This document shows positions 10,053 through 19,578 of a stretch of DNA of 64,000 nucleotides, piece by piece; positions within the stretch are counted from its first letter, which is position 1; each line of letters starts with the position of its first letter. A program made the position numbers and the translations under genes. A model generated the notes under the pieces. It worked only from the letters and a program-made list of their open reading frames with translations. It was not told the origin of the DNA and did no database searches. The stretch lies in the NCBI GenBank assembly GCA_018645265.1, contig JABGOS010000088.1, forward strand, positions 11,083 to 75,082, in the 5' to 3' direction. Source of the DNA: Deltaproteobacteria bacterium. GTDB lineage: Bacteria > UBA10199 > 2-02-FULL-44-16 > JAAZCA01.

Positions 10053-10751
10053 TCATTTACCTTTAAAACCTATTTCCGCATCAGACTGTCTCACATAGTT
10101 TGGAACCAACATTGTCAAATCATCACCCTCATGCGATTCGAACTTGGCAAGCGCTACAAGGGCTAAGTTATGTGCCATAGGCAATACCTCATTGCCCTGC
10201 GCGATCCTAATAGTGTCACCCAACTCATCCTCCAGAAACTTATGATACTCCAACGCCCCATCACCAACCGCATAGCAAGTCGTCCCTATAGATTTCACCT
10301 CTTCAACCAATTTTTCTGGCGATAGCACGCACTCATCCATTGTCGGAATAGAAATCTTTTTTCCATCTCTCTTCCAAAGAGCAGCATATAGCTCCCCCCT
10401 TCTCGCATCTATCAAAGTGAGGATAGATTTTTCAGCATCGCTTCCATTGATTGAAAGGGACTTCAAAGATGACACACCGACAATCGGAATCCCCAAGGAA
10501 AGGGCAATTCCCTTTGCCGTCGCAAGACCAATTCTCAGCCCCGTAAATGAGCCTGGACCCACCGCAACCGCTACACCCTCTATATCCTTAAGCTTCCAAT
10601 TGCTCTGCTGAAAAAGGGTATCAATAGTCTCTAGTAATTTAGCTGAATGTGTATCAGGCTTGGACTGCTGGATCTGCGAGATACAACTCTCCCCTTCGGA
10701 TAAAGCGAATGAACCGCGCATCGATGTGGTATCTATAGAGAGGATCTTCAT
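10053..10751 (-). CDS. tsaB: tRNA threonylcarbamoyladenosine biosynthesis protein TsaB
   Basis: N-terminal MKILSIDTTS and YeaZ-like fold. 232 aa. Confidence 0.8.
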   Translation of the reverse strand: MKILSIDTTSMRGSFALSEGESCISQIQQSKPDTHSAKLLETIDTLFQQSNWKLKDIEGVAVAVGPGSFTGLRIGLATAKGIALSLGIPIVGVSSLKSLSINGSDAEKSILTLIDARRGELYAALWKRDGKKISIPTMDECVLSPEKLVEEVKSIGTTCYAVGDGALEYHKFLEDELGDTIRIAQGNEVLPMAHNLALVALAKFESHEGDDLTMLVPNYVRQSDAEIGFKGK

Positions 10752-12106
10752 TACATGCCTAATGTATTTTTAATCCAAGCACTTACACCCCATATGCTAT
10801 CAATATCCTTTAAGGTAATAAGAACCATAAATGACATCAAAATGATGAATCCAGTCTGATTTGCGATAGATCTGAACTTTGCACTTAGTGGCTTCCTCTG
10901 GATCGCCTCGATCCCAAGGAACATGAGATGTCCACCATCAAGCACAGGAATAGGCAGAATATTCAAGATTGAGAGCTGTAGGCTTAAAAAAGCCATAAAA
11001 TAGAGAAAGTGCCCAAGCCCTGATGCAGCAGCCTGTGCGGACACCTTTGCGATTACAATGGGGCCACCCAGCACCTTATAGGATAGCTTCAGTGTAATCA
11101 GCCTGTACAGAACTTCAAACGTAAGCTTAGCTAGTTTTATATCCTCTTTAACTCCCAGAATAATTGAGTCTACGAAACCATAACGATAGACTTTCTGAGG
11201 ACCGATATTTCTTCCATTCGTATATATACCGACCACCCATCTACCGCTCTCTGCGCTATAGGTCGGCTGAATCTTGAAATTCTCTCTTGTACCATCATCC
11301 CTACTCACCGAAATTGAAGTCTCCTCACCTCCGGATGCATTGACGCTAGCAGAGAAGTCATAGAAGTCAGCAACTGCCCTACCATCATATGACGTGATGA
11401 GGTCACCCGGTTTCAAACCCGCCTTTTCAGCCGGGCCCCCAGGCACCAGCGAACTGACCTCGGCCTTATAGCCGAGAAAGAAAACCGGTTCGACTCCCAG
11501 ATATCCACCTTTTATTTCAGGCAGTTCACCTACGACGACCTCCTTCTCAATTACCTCCCCATCCCTCATCACCTTCAGTGAGACATTCTGACCGGGACTG
11601 AGCAAAATTCTATTGATGGTGTCAGACCACAGCTTCATCTCAGCACCATCAATAGAAAGGATTTTATCGCCCTTCATGAGTCCTGCCACCTCTGCCGGTG
11701 ACTCAGCTTTGATACCAATGAGAACTGGAGGTTCATGTAGATAGACCGGTTCTGTACGACCTATCATAAAAACTATCGGCATCAGGACTAAACAGAGCAC
11801 CATGTTCATAATTGGACCGAACGCTACGACCTTCGCCCTTGCCCAAACGCTTTTCTGTGCAAACGCCTGAGGATCATCTGCTCCCTCATCGGTAGGATCC
11901 TCTCCGAGCATTCTCACATATCCACCAATCGGAAATAATGAAATACGGTAATCCGTATCACCCTTTTTGAATCCAATAAGCCTAGGACCGAATCCCAAAG
12001 AGAAAGCGTCGACGCGTATGCCGGCACGCTTTGCCATTATAAAATGCCCCAACTCATGTATGAAGATTAATATTCCAAGTGTTATTACGAAGTAGATAAA
12101 AGTCAT
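10751..12106 (-). CDS. rseP: RIP metalloprotease RseP (site-2 protease, two PDZ domains)
   Basis: HELGHF zinc motif in the first TM helix, PDZ repeats, and a C-terminal LDGG motif. Sits downstream of dxr as in many bacteria. Confidence 0.85.
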   Translation of the reverse strand: MTFIYFVITLGILIFIHELGHFIMAKRAGIRVDAFSLGFGPRLIGFKKGDTDYRISLFPIGGYVRMLGEDPTDEGADDPQAFAQKSVWARAKVVAFGPIMNMVLCLVLMPIVFMIGRTEPVYLHEPPVLIGIKAESPAEVAGLMKGDKILSIDGAEMKLWSDTINRILLSPGQNVSLKVMRDGEVIEKEVVVGELPEIKGGYLGVEPVFFLGYKAEVSSLVPGGPAEKAGLKPGDLITSYDGRAVADFYDFSASVNASGGEETSISVSRDDGTRENFKIQPTYSAESGRWVVGIYTNGRNIGPQKVYRYGFVDSIILGVKEDIKLAKLTFEVLYRLITLKLSYKVLGGPIVIAKVSAQAAASGLGHFLYFMAFLSLQLSILNILPIPVLDGGHLMFLGIEAIQRKPLSAKFRSIANQTGFIILMSFMVLITLKDIDSIWGVSAWIKNTLGM

Positions 12107-12181
12107 AATTCAGCGCCTAAGTGTGTTTGTATTTGATTGTCTGAGTTTAAATAAACAACAGATTAAAACAAATATTGAATG

Positions 12182-13327
12182 TTATATGAGCCCGGATGCC
12201 TTCTCCCTCGCCCATCTATCGATATCCACTATCTCATCTATTGAATCAAAATCATGAGGATCGTGAGCATCCATGGTCCCCCTGACCACGCGATATATAT
12301 CTCCAAATTTTATACTGTTCTTCAAAAATGCATCTACAGCAATTTCATTTGCAGCATTCAAAACTGCTGGCATGGAACGACCCACCTCTAATGACTCAAA
12401 TGCAAGATTAAGACATGGGAATTTTTCTCTATCCGGATCCTCAAATGTAAGTTCGCCAATCTTCTTGAGATCCAACGTATCCACGCCGCTCTCTATCCTC
12501 TCCGGATAGGATATGGCATAAGCTATTGGTGCCCTCATATCCGGAACTCCTAGTTGAGCTACAACGCATCCATCACGATACTCAACCATAGAATGAATTA
12601 TACTTTGAGGATGGACGACCACATCTATCTGCGCCGGATCTACATTGAAAAGCCATTTAGCCTCGATAACCTCCAACCCCTTATTCATGAGTGATGCTGA
12701 ATCGATAGTTATCTTCGCACCCATCAACCACTTCGGATGTTTCAGGGCCGCTTCAGGTGTAGCATTATCTATTTCATCCTTACCCTTACCACGGAATGGA
12801 CCACCGGAAGCTGTAAGAAGGATTCTCTTCAGATCCTCATGTCTGTGACCGACGAGCGATTGAAAAATCGCCGAATGCTCGCTGTCTATAGGAAGGATCT
12901 CTACGCCATTCTCCTTGGCTAACCTAGAAACAAGCGCCCCGGCAACGACCATCGTCTCTTTATTTGCCAAGGCTAATCTCTTCTTACTTTTAATAGCTGC
13001 GACTGTGGGTTTCAATCCTGCTGCGCCAACAATTGCAGAGACAACTGTATCTGCCTCTGGATGCGCTGCCACCTGACAGGCCCCACTTATTCCGTGTACT
13101 ATTTCCGGTTTCTCCTTCTGCAACATGCCCCGCAACTTATCCGCTGCTTCCGAATCCCTAACAGATACGAGTTTCGGACGAAACATCTCTATATGCTTAC
13201 TCATCATTTCAACATCATGCCCCTCTGCCAAGGCCACGACATTGAACTTATCCGGGTGTCTCCCCACGACATCCAACGTGCTGAGACCAATTGAGCCTGT
13301 GCTTCCTAGTATAGATAGAGATTTCAT
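12182..13327 (-). CDS. dxr: 1-deoxy-D-xylulose 5-phosphate reductoisomerase
   Basis: [20 protein letters not shown] motif. Start placed at MKSLSILGS, which is preceded by GGAGAG. The track ORF begins 18 nt further upstream. Confidence 0.9.
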   Translation of the reverse strand: MKSLSILGSTGSIGLSTLDVVGRHPDKFNVVALAEGHDVEMMSKHIEMFRPKLVSVRDSEAADKLRGMLQKEKPEIVHGISGACQVAAHPEADTVVSAIVGAAGLKPTVAAIKSKKRLALANKETMVVAGALVSRLAKENGVEILPIDSEHSAIFQSLVGHRHEDLKRILLTASGGPFRGKGKDEIDNATPEAALKHPKWLMGAKITIDSASLMNKGLEVIEAKWLFNVDPAQIDVVVHPQSIIHSMVEYRDGCVVAQLGVPDMRAPIAYAISYPERIESGVDTLDLKKIGELTFEDPDREKFPCLNLAFESLEVGRSMPAVLNAANEIAVDAFLKNSIKFGDIYRVVRGTMDAHDPHDFDSIDEIVDIDRWAREKASGLI

Positions 13328-13345
13328 AAGCAACCCTCTCTCCAA

Positions 13346-14149
13346 TCACCATCCGAAGATGTACTTCATGTAAAGATATGCTGCGGGTGCAGTAAATATC
13401 AACGCATCCAAACGATCCAGCACACCACCATGTCCAGGTATAATACACCCTGAATCCTTAACGTTACAGCTCCTCTTGAGCATGGATTCTATCAAATCAC
13501 CAAACGGCGATGTTATCCAAATTATAAATGCTAGTCCTAGCGGCAAGTACCACTCTAGATGTGGCACCAAAAAGTACCATATCACAAAGACACCCAACAT
13601 AGATCCTACCAGTGCACCAGCGAACCCCTCCATAGTCTTATTAGGACTCGTTTTAGGAGCAAACTTATGACGCCCACAAGCCTTTCCAACAGCATATGCA
13701 AATGTATCACAGAGACAAGCTGGTGCGATGGCAAAAAGTACCGCTATATTTCCATAATCCATCTTTCTCAGCCAAACCCAAAATGAAAAAGAGACGCCAA
13801 GATAGAGTATACCGAGGGTAGAGAGACCTATCCTTTCTGCAACCCCTTTCATCTCAGAAGTTCTCCACATGAAGAGCATCGTAAGAAGAAACAGGAGTGA
13901 AGCAAGCGTTACGGGAAGGAGCGTCCTCGTGTTGTCAAAAAAGATCATCACTACAGCGGTGATAATTATAGATAGAACCGTAACCCATCTTTCCAGCACA
14001 TCTTTAAAAAACATCCTTCCATACTCGATAGAGCCGATCAATAGAATGACTAACATTAGAATATTAAAACTATCCTTAGGAAGCCACCATATGGCAGCAA
14101 CGATACCTAGCCCTAATAGAATTGCTGTAATAATTCTTATCATCGACAT
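13346..14149 (-). CDS. cdsA: Phosphatidate cytidylyltransferase
   Basis: Multi-TM with C-terminal GGVLDRLDAL (CTP_transf_1 signature). Confidence 0.85.
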   Translation of the reverse strand: MSMIRIITAILLGLGIVAAIWWLPKDSFNILMLVILLIGSIEYGRMFFKDVLERWVTVLSIIITAVVMIFFDNTRTLLPVTLASLLFLLTMLFMWRTSEMKGVAERIGLSTLGILYLGVSFSFWVWLRKMDYGNIAVLFAIAPACLCDTFAYAVGKACGRHKFAPKTSPNKTMEGFAGALVGSMLGVFVIWYFLVPHLEWYLPLGLAFIIWITSPFGDLIESMLKRSCNVKDSGCIIPGHGGVLDRLDALIFTAPAAYLYMKYIFGW

Positions 14150-14159
14150 CCCCCATTTC

Positions 14160-14858
14160 CTACTTTACTTGTTCACTGGTCATACCAAAACGACGTTCTC
14201 GCTGGGAATAAGAAACGATAGCCTTTTCCAACTCCGCCTCATCAAAATCAGGCCAAAGAGTATGAGTGAAATAGAGTTCCGTATAAGCCAATTGCCATAA
14301 CATAAAATTGCTAATTCTAAATTCACCGCTTGTTCTTATCAAAAGATCAGGGTCCGGAAAATCAGCTGTATCGAGTGCCTCATCAAAGATTTCCTGTGTT
14401 ACCTCACCGACCCCTTTTTGTATGAGTCCGTTGACAGCCCTTAATATCTCCTGTCTCGACCCGTAAGATAGTGCAACAATCATCGTGATTCTATCACCAC
14501 CCTTAGTAAGCTCCTGGGTCTCCTTGATATCCTTCTGAAGTTCAGCGGGCAAGCGTTCAACATCACCGATCACGCGAAATCTGACACCCTTCTCAACCAT
14601 TCCGCCCCTCTTACTCACAAGAAAGTGTCTCAAAAGTTGCATAAGCGCCAAAACCTCATCACTCGGCCTATTCCAATTCTCATCTGAAAAAGCATAGAGG
14701 GTGATAAATTTCACACCGCGGTCCTTACACAACTCAATAATCTCTTCAATTCTCTCAGCACCACGGCGATGGCCTTCCGCTCGTGACAAACCATTTTCGG
14801 CTGCCCAGCGTCCGTTACCATCCATAATAATTGATATGTGTTGGGGAATTCGGTGCAT
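14160..14858 (-). CDS. uppS: Ditrans,polycis-undecaprenyl-diphosphate synthase
   Basis: IIMDGNGRWA signature. 232 aa. Confidence 0.9.
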   Translation of the reverse strand: MHRIPQHISIIMDGNGRWAAENGLSRAEGHRRGAERIEEIIELCKDRGVKFITLYAFSDENWNRPSDEVLALMQLLRHFLVSKRGGMVEKGVRFRVIGDVERLPAELQKDIKETQELTKGGDRITMIVALSYGSRQEILRAVNGLIQKGVGEVTQEIFDEALDTADFPDPDLLIRTSGEFRISNFMLWQLAYTELYFTHTLWPDFDEAELEKAIVSYSQRERRFGMTSEQVK

Positions 14859-14956
14859 ACTATGCGCGTTTGCGCCTCCTAATGCTTGTATTTCCTAGAA
14901 CTCACGTGCTCGCAATTTATCTCTGACACGTAGGCACGAAGTTTTACAAACACAAA

Positions 14957-15514
14957 TCAGACTTCCATTATATCCTTTTCCTTATGATCCAAATTTTCAT
15001 CGATCATCTTAATAAAATCATCTGTGAGTTTTTGGATTTTATCATGTCCCTTGCGCTCGTCATCCTCGGTGATCGAGCTATCCTTCTTGAGTTTCTTCAA
15101 GTCCTCATTCGCATCACGGCGGGCGTTTCTCACACTTACTTTACAATCTTCGCCATGTTTTCTCATGACCTTAACGAGATCCTTGCGACGCTGTTCGTTA
15201 AGAGGAGGTATAGGAAGGCGAATAACCTTACCATCATTGATAGGATTTAGGCCTAAATCAGCTTTTTGAATAGCCTTCTCAATAGCTGCGACAGCCGAGT
15301 TATCCCAAGCCTGAATGGCAATCGTCCTCGCATCCGGCAAAGAAAGTGTCGCCACCTGGTTCAACGGCGTCAGAGTTCCATAGTAATCGACTTTTAAATC
15401 ATCCAAAATCGACAACGATGCCCTGCCGGTACGCATCTTTGACAATTCATGATGTAGAGCGTCGATTGCCTTCTTCATTCTAGCGTCAGTGTCATTGAAT
15501 ACTTTGTTATCCAT
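14957..15514 (-). CDS. frr: Ribosome recycling factor
   Basis: 185 aa with RRF-type conserved sequence and length. Confidence 0.9.
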   Translation of the reverse strand: MDNKVFNDTDARMKKAIDALHHELSKMRTGRASLSILDDLKVDYYGTLTPLNQVATLSLPDARTIAIQAWDNSAVAAIEKAIQKADLGLNPINDGKVIRLPIPPLNEQRRKDLVKVMRKHGEDCKVSVRNARRDANEDLKKLKKDSSITEDDERKGHDKIQKLTDDFIKMIDENLDHKEKDIMEV

Positions 15515-16220
15515 AAACCACCGTCCCTAGTTTTTCCCCACTCACCACCTTCTTCATATTTCCAGCCTTGAAGACGTCGAAGACAACGATGGGGATGTTA
15601 TGGTCCATACACATCGACACAGCCGTCGAATCCATCACCTTCAGCTGGTTCTTCAGCACATCGATGTATGAAAGTTTATCAAATCGTTTTGCTTGTGGAT
15701 CTTTCTTTGGATCCGCGGAATACACACCATCAACCTTTGTGCCCTTGAGAATCGCCTCCGCATCCACCTCAAGCGCTCGCAGTGACGCTGCAGTATCTGT
15801 TGAGAAAAAAGGGCTTCCCGTCCCTCCACAGAATATAAGGACGCGTCCCTCCTGCATATCACGAATGGCGCTCCTCCTATCAAACGGATGTGCAATCCCC
15901 TGGATTGAAAGAGCGCTCATCAATACGGTATCAATGCCATTCTGAAGCATGGCCTCTTGAAGACCAATTCCGTTTATAACCGTCGCAAGCATACCCATCC
16001 TATCAGCCTGCGCCTGACAGATTCCACCCTCCGCAGCAGCAACTGCTCCTCGGAAGATATTTCCACCACCTATGACGATCCCGATTTGCACTCCGAGATC
16101 CAAAGCTGTTTTAATTTCAGATGAAATTTTTGCTGCTGCGTCGAGGCATATGCCCTTTTTTACACCTTGGGATAGAAGGGCTTCACCGGACAATTTCAGG
16201 ATTATGCGTTTATACTTCAT
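15507..16220 (-). CDS. pyrH: UMP kinase
   Basis: KRIILKLSGEAL N-terminus, and GGGNIFRG. Confidence 0.9.
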   Translation of the reverse strand: MKYKRIILKLSGEALLSQGVKKGICLDAAAKISSEIKTALDLGVQIGIVIGGGNIFRGAVAAAEGGICQAQADRMGMLATVINGIGLQEAMLQNGIDTVLMSALSIQGIAHPFDRRSAIRDMQEGRVLIFCGGTGSPFFSTDTAASLRALEVDAEAILKGTKVDGVYSADPKKDPQAKRFDKLSYIDVLKNQLKVMDSTAVSMCMDHNIPIVVFDVFKAGNMKKVVSGEKLGTVVYG

Positions 16221-16314
16221 ACATCCCCCTATTTCATGAACATCCTGTCATCCGAGTATCCGAAACCCAGCTATCCGGCGAACCGGATAGCCGAGTGTAC
16301 GAATCTTCCAATAT

Positions 16315-17181
16315 TTATTGCTTCTTCTCAACGCCCTCGCCGACCTGAAGCCTTACGAAGGAATTGACCTTTATCGCGTCGTCGATTTTTGTAAGCCACT
16401 TAGCAACAGATGTCTTACCATCAGGATCCCTCACATAGACTTGATCATTCAGGCAGATCTCCGTGTAGAACTTATTAATCTTACCTGAAAGTATCTTCTC
16501 CATGATTTCAGGCGGCTTATTCGTATCGCCCATCTGAGCTGCCATAATCTCTTTCTCTTTCGTAACCACAGCTGCAGGAACTTCCTCTTTGGCAACATAC
16601 TGAGGATGCATGGCAGCTATGTGCATAGCAACCTCGCGGGAGGTTGCATCATCCAACTTATTATTCGGATCATCGTAGACTGCAATAACACCAATTTTCG
16701 AACCAGCATGAATGTACTGTGACAGTTTCTGATTATCGCTTGATGTAACACGTTCAAAACGTCTCACGCCTAGGTTCTCACCAATCTTTGCAATAACTGC
16801 AGTCTGAACATCCTTGACCAACTTGCCATCGATATCGATAGACATGAGCGCATCCAAATCCGCAGGATTCTTATCGCTGACGATCTCGGTCATATGCTTT
16901 ACGAAAGCCTGAAAATCATCAGTCTTTGTCACAAAATCAGTCTCACAGTTGACTTCAACTAGTGTACCAACCTTACCATCGGAGGTTACGTTCCAACCTA
17001 TCAAGCCATCAGCTGCTGTTCTTCCGGCTTTCTTAGCAGCAAGTGCAACGCCACTCTTTCTAAGAAGCTCAACGGCGTTATCCATATTGCCATCAGCCTC
17101 AGCCAGTGCCTTCTTGCAATCCATCATACCAGCACCAGTTTTTTCTCTTAACTCTTTAACCATCGTTGGTGAAATACTCAT
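16315..17181 (-). CDS. tsf: Elongation factor Ts
   Basis: N-terminal UBA-like VKELREKTGAGMMDCKKAL. Confidence 0.9.
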   Translation of the reverse strand: MSISPTMVKELREKTGAGMMDCKKALAEADGNMDNAVELLRKSGVALAAKKAGRTAADGLIGWNVTSDGKVGTLVEVNCETDFVTKTDDFQAFVKHMTEIVSDKNPADLDALMSIDIDGKLVKDVQTAVIAKIGENLGVRRFERVTSSDNQKLSQYIHAGSKIGVIAVYDDPNNKLDDATSREVAMHIAAMHPQYVAKEEVPAAVVTKEKEIMAAQMGDTNKPPEIMEKILSGKINKFYTEICLNDQVYVRDPDGKTSVAKWLTKIDDAIKVNSFVRLQVGEGVEKKQ

Positions 17182-17307
17182 CTTAATATTCTCCTGTAAT
17201 TTACGTTTACGACTGCGAAGCCCAAGTCATCGGATGAAGCATGTCAAACGCCACGCAACCGATCGACCATACGCGATGCTATATCGCAATCGATCGACGA
17301 TAGACGT

Positions 17308-18222
17308 TTATTGTATGACTTCCTTCTTTTCCGTAGCAGGCACTTCAGGTGTGGGCTCAGCTGAAGCCTTCGAATACTGTTCCGCTTCTTTATTGCTTAC
17401 GCCCTCATCTCCACCACGACGGGCGACCCATGCACGGCCTTTTCCACCCATCTTTTTCTCACGGACAGCCGGACCCTTGGGTTTCTCCGTCTGTTCCTTC
17501 TCCTGCTTTGCAGCCTGTTCGCGCAGCACGATTTCGCGACGCTTTGCACCATCCTCGCATGCATCCGCAGCTAGCTTCGAAAAATACTGAATCGATCGAA
17601 TGGCATCGTCATTACCTGCGATTAGATAATCAATTCCATCCGGGTTACTGTTCGTGTCGGTAAGCGCAATAACTGGAATCTTGAGTTTTCTCGCTTCTAG
17701 CTTTGCAATATCCTCTTTATTTGGATCAACAATGAAGATAGCGCCTGGAAGCTTTGTCATCGATTTGATGCCGCCTAGTGAAAATTCAAGTTTAGCTATC
17801 TCACGATCGATGCGAAGGGCCTCTTTCTTCGTAAGCTTATCAAGCTCGCCCTTCTCCTTCTTCTCTTCAAGCGTATTGAGGCGATCGATCGACTGACGAA
17901 TCGTACGGAAGTTAGTAAGCATTCCACCGAGCCACCTGTTGCTCACGTAATATTGTCCAACCCTCTTCGCCTCCTGCTCGATCACATCCTTCGCCTGCTT
18001 CTTCGTACCCACGAAGAGGATGATGTTACCGAGAGCAACCGTGTCGGCAATAAACTTATACGCCTTCTGCGCCTGCTTCGCTGTCTGATCGAGATCGATG
18101 ATGTGAATTCCATCACGCGCCGCGAAGATATATGGACGCATCTTCGGGTTCCAACGACGTGTCTGATGCCCAAAATGCACACCAGCTTCAAGCATCTCCC
18201 TTACTACCACTTCTTTTGTCAT
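17308..18222 (-). CDS. rpsB: 30S ribosomal protein S2 with Lys/Glu-rich C-terminal extension
   Basis: HFGHQTRRWNPKM S2 signature. A ~70-aa low-complexity tail follows the S2 core. Confidence 0.9.
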   Translation of the reverse strand: MTKEVVVREMLEAGVHFGHQTRRWNPKMRPYIFAARDGIHIIDLDQTAKQAQKAYKFIADTVALGNIILFVGTKKQAKDVIEQEAKRVGQYYVSNRWLGGMLTNFRTIRQSIDRLNTLEEKKEKGELDKLTKKEALRIDREIAKLEFSLGGIKSMTKLPGAIFIVDPNKEDIAKLEARKLKIPVIALTDTNSNPDGIDYLIAGNDDAIRSIQYFSKLAADACEDGAKRREIVLREQAAKQEKEQTEKPKGPAVREKKMGGKGRAWVARRGGDEGVSNKEAEQYSKASAEPTPEVPATEKKEVIQ

Positions 18223-18564
18223 ACCATTCTCCTTTGGTTTAAACCTTTCAGAATCCTCGAGCCAGCCGCTTCTCAGACTATTCGATAAGTGGCTGGAACC
18301 AAAGGGAGGATCCTTCGGGATTTATTATCTAACCTTCAAAACCCACGTTTTTATTACGAAAAAGTCCTTGAAGGTCGCGGTGAACTATCATGTAACTGGT
18401 CAACATGCAATAGAAAAAGCACCCCCTCCGTGTCACGGGGCAAATGCGCTCATATTTGCTCCTTAACTGGTGGTAGCTATTGTTTTACCGTTCACTCCGC
18501 TGTAAGATCGAACAATAAGCATCGAGTAACTATCGTTTAATCACTAGAATGGACGGATCGAGAT

Positions 18565-19440
18565 ATGCTCAAAATAACCAATAATATCATAACATTATCT
18601 TTGATAGCGGCTTTTCTGCTTATCCCTACGGCATCATCAGCACAGGATGGAGGGATGCTTGGCGCCTCCCCAGCCACCCCGCCAAAGAAACCGAGTAAAG
18701 CAGCACCCAAGTCGGAGACGAAGAAGAAACCCCCTCCACTTACCGCCACAACAAAGAGTGACTATTCCCAATACTGGAAGGTGGGGCATAAATCGGGAAA
18801 ATGGAATCAGTTCATCAAGCCCGGTTTTGAGACGTTCGATAATGGAAATATGGCTACATCTGCTATTTTCCTTCAGAAGGCTTACGATAAAGGCTGCCGC
18901 GATCCTCTCGTTCTCTTCCGACTGGCCATCATAAAGGAATCGCGCAAGGAGTATGATGAAGCGGCGAAGCTGATCATGGATGCAGATCGGGGGCTGGAGG
19001 AAAGATATTCCAGCCACCCAATCACCAAAGCGATTCATAAACATGCCGCGCGCGCCCTCTTCACCGCCAACAAAAATTCTGAGGCACTGCCACATCTCAC
19101 TGAGGCCCTGAAATATGAGCCGGATGATTTTATGCTGTTATTCATGGCTGGCCAGGTATTGCACCAGATGGGTGAGGCAGGCAAAGCACTTGTACCCCTT
19201 GAGAAAGCCCTGACCGTTACCCCCCCAGAAGGAAACGCACTGGATGCAGCTCGCTCCCTCCTGCACGAATTAATCATAGTAACATATGAAGTCGGCAACG
19301 CCGATGCATGCGCAGGGTATGTAGATAAAATGCTGACATTGGATCCCGCCGATCCCCTTGCCAACAAATATAAGAACAAGGTTGGCTTCCTTCGTAGAAA
19401 AAATCGTGAGAGTGAGATGCTTAAGAAGTTGGTTCAGTAG
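18565..19440 (+). CDS. Secreted TPR-like repeat protein
   Basis: Signal peptide (LLIPTASSAQD). Pro/Lys-rich linker followed by helical hairpins of TPR character. Confidence 0.45.
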   Translation: MLKITNNIITLSLIAAFLLIPTASSAQDGGMLGASPATPPKKPSKAAPKSETKKKPPPLTATTKSDYSQYWKVGHKSGKWNQFIKPGFETFDNGNMATSAIFLQKAYDKGCRDPLVLFRLAIIKESRKEYDEAAKLIMDADRGLEERYSSHPITKAIHKHAARALFTANKNSEALPHLTEALKYEPDDFMLLFMAGQVLHQMGEAGKALVPLEKALTVTPPEGNALDAARSLLHELIIVTYEVGNADACAGYVDKMLTLDPADPLANKYKNKVGFLRRKNRESEMLKKLVQ

Positions 19441-19482
19441 CTAAGTTCCTAATATATTTTTATACCATTTAAAAAATAAGAA

Positions 19483-19511
19483 CCCCGGGGTGCCTAAGCA
19501 CTTACCCGGGG
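19483..19511 (-). terminator. Rho-independent terminator for the giant TSP3-repeat gene (read on minus strand: hairpin then TTCTTATTTTTT)
   Basis: A GC-rich stem (CCCCGGG...CCCGGGG) with the T-run on the minus strand. Confidence 0.5.
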
Positions 19512-19578
19512 CCTTTGGGGGAGTTCTTTTCTAGTTGTAACCGTTACCAGCGGTTACGTTCCCTATTCCCATCCTTCC

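Noticed and set aside
16949-17590. 213-aa plus-strand ORF spanning the tsf/rpsB junction
   Set aside because: It is antisense to two highly conserved genes, with Ser/Ala/Pro low complexity and no RBS.
18289-18540. 83-aa ORF in the rpsB leader
   Set aside because: It has no RBS and a Cys/Ser-rich random-looking composition. The region is better explained as a regulatory leader and divergent promoter.
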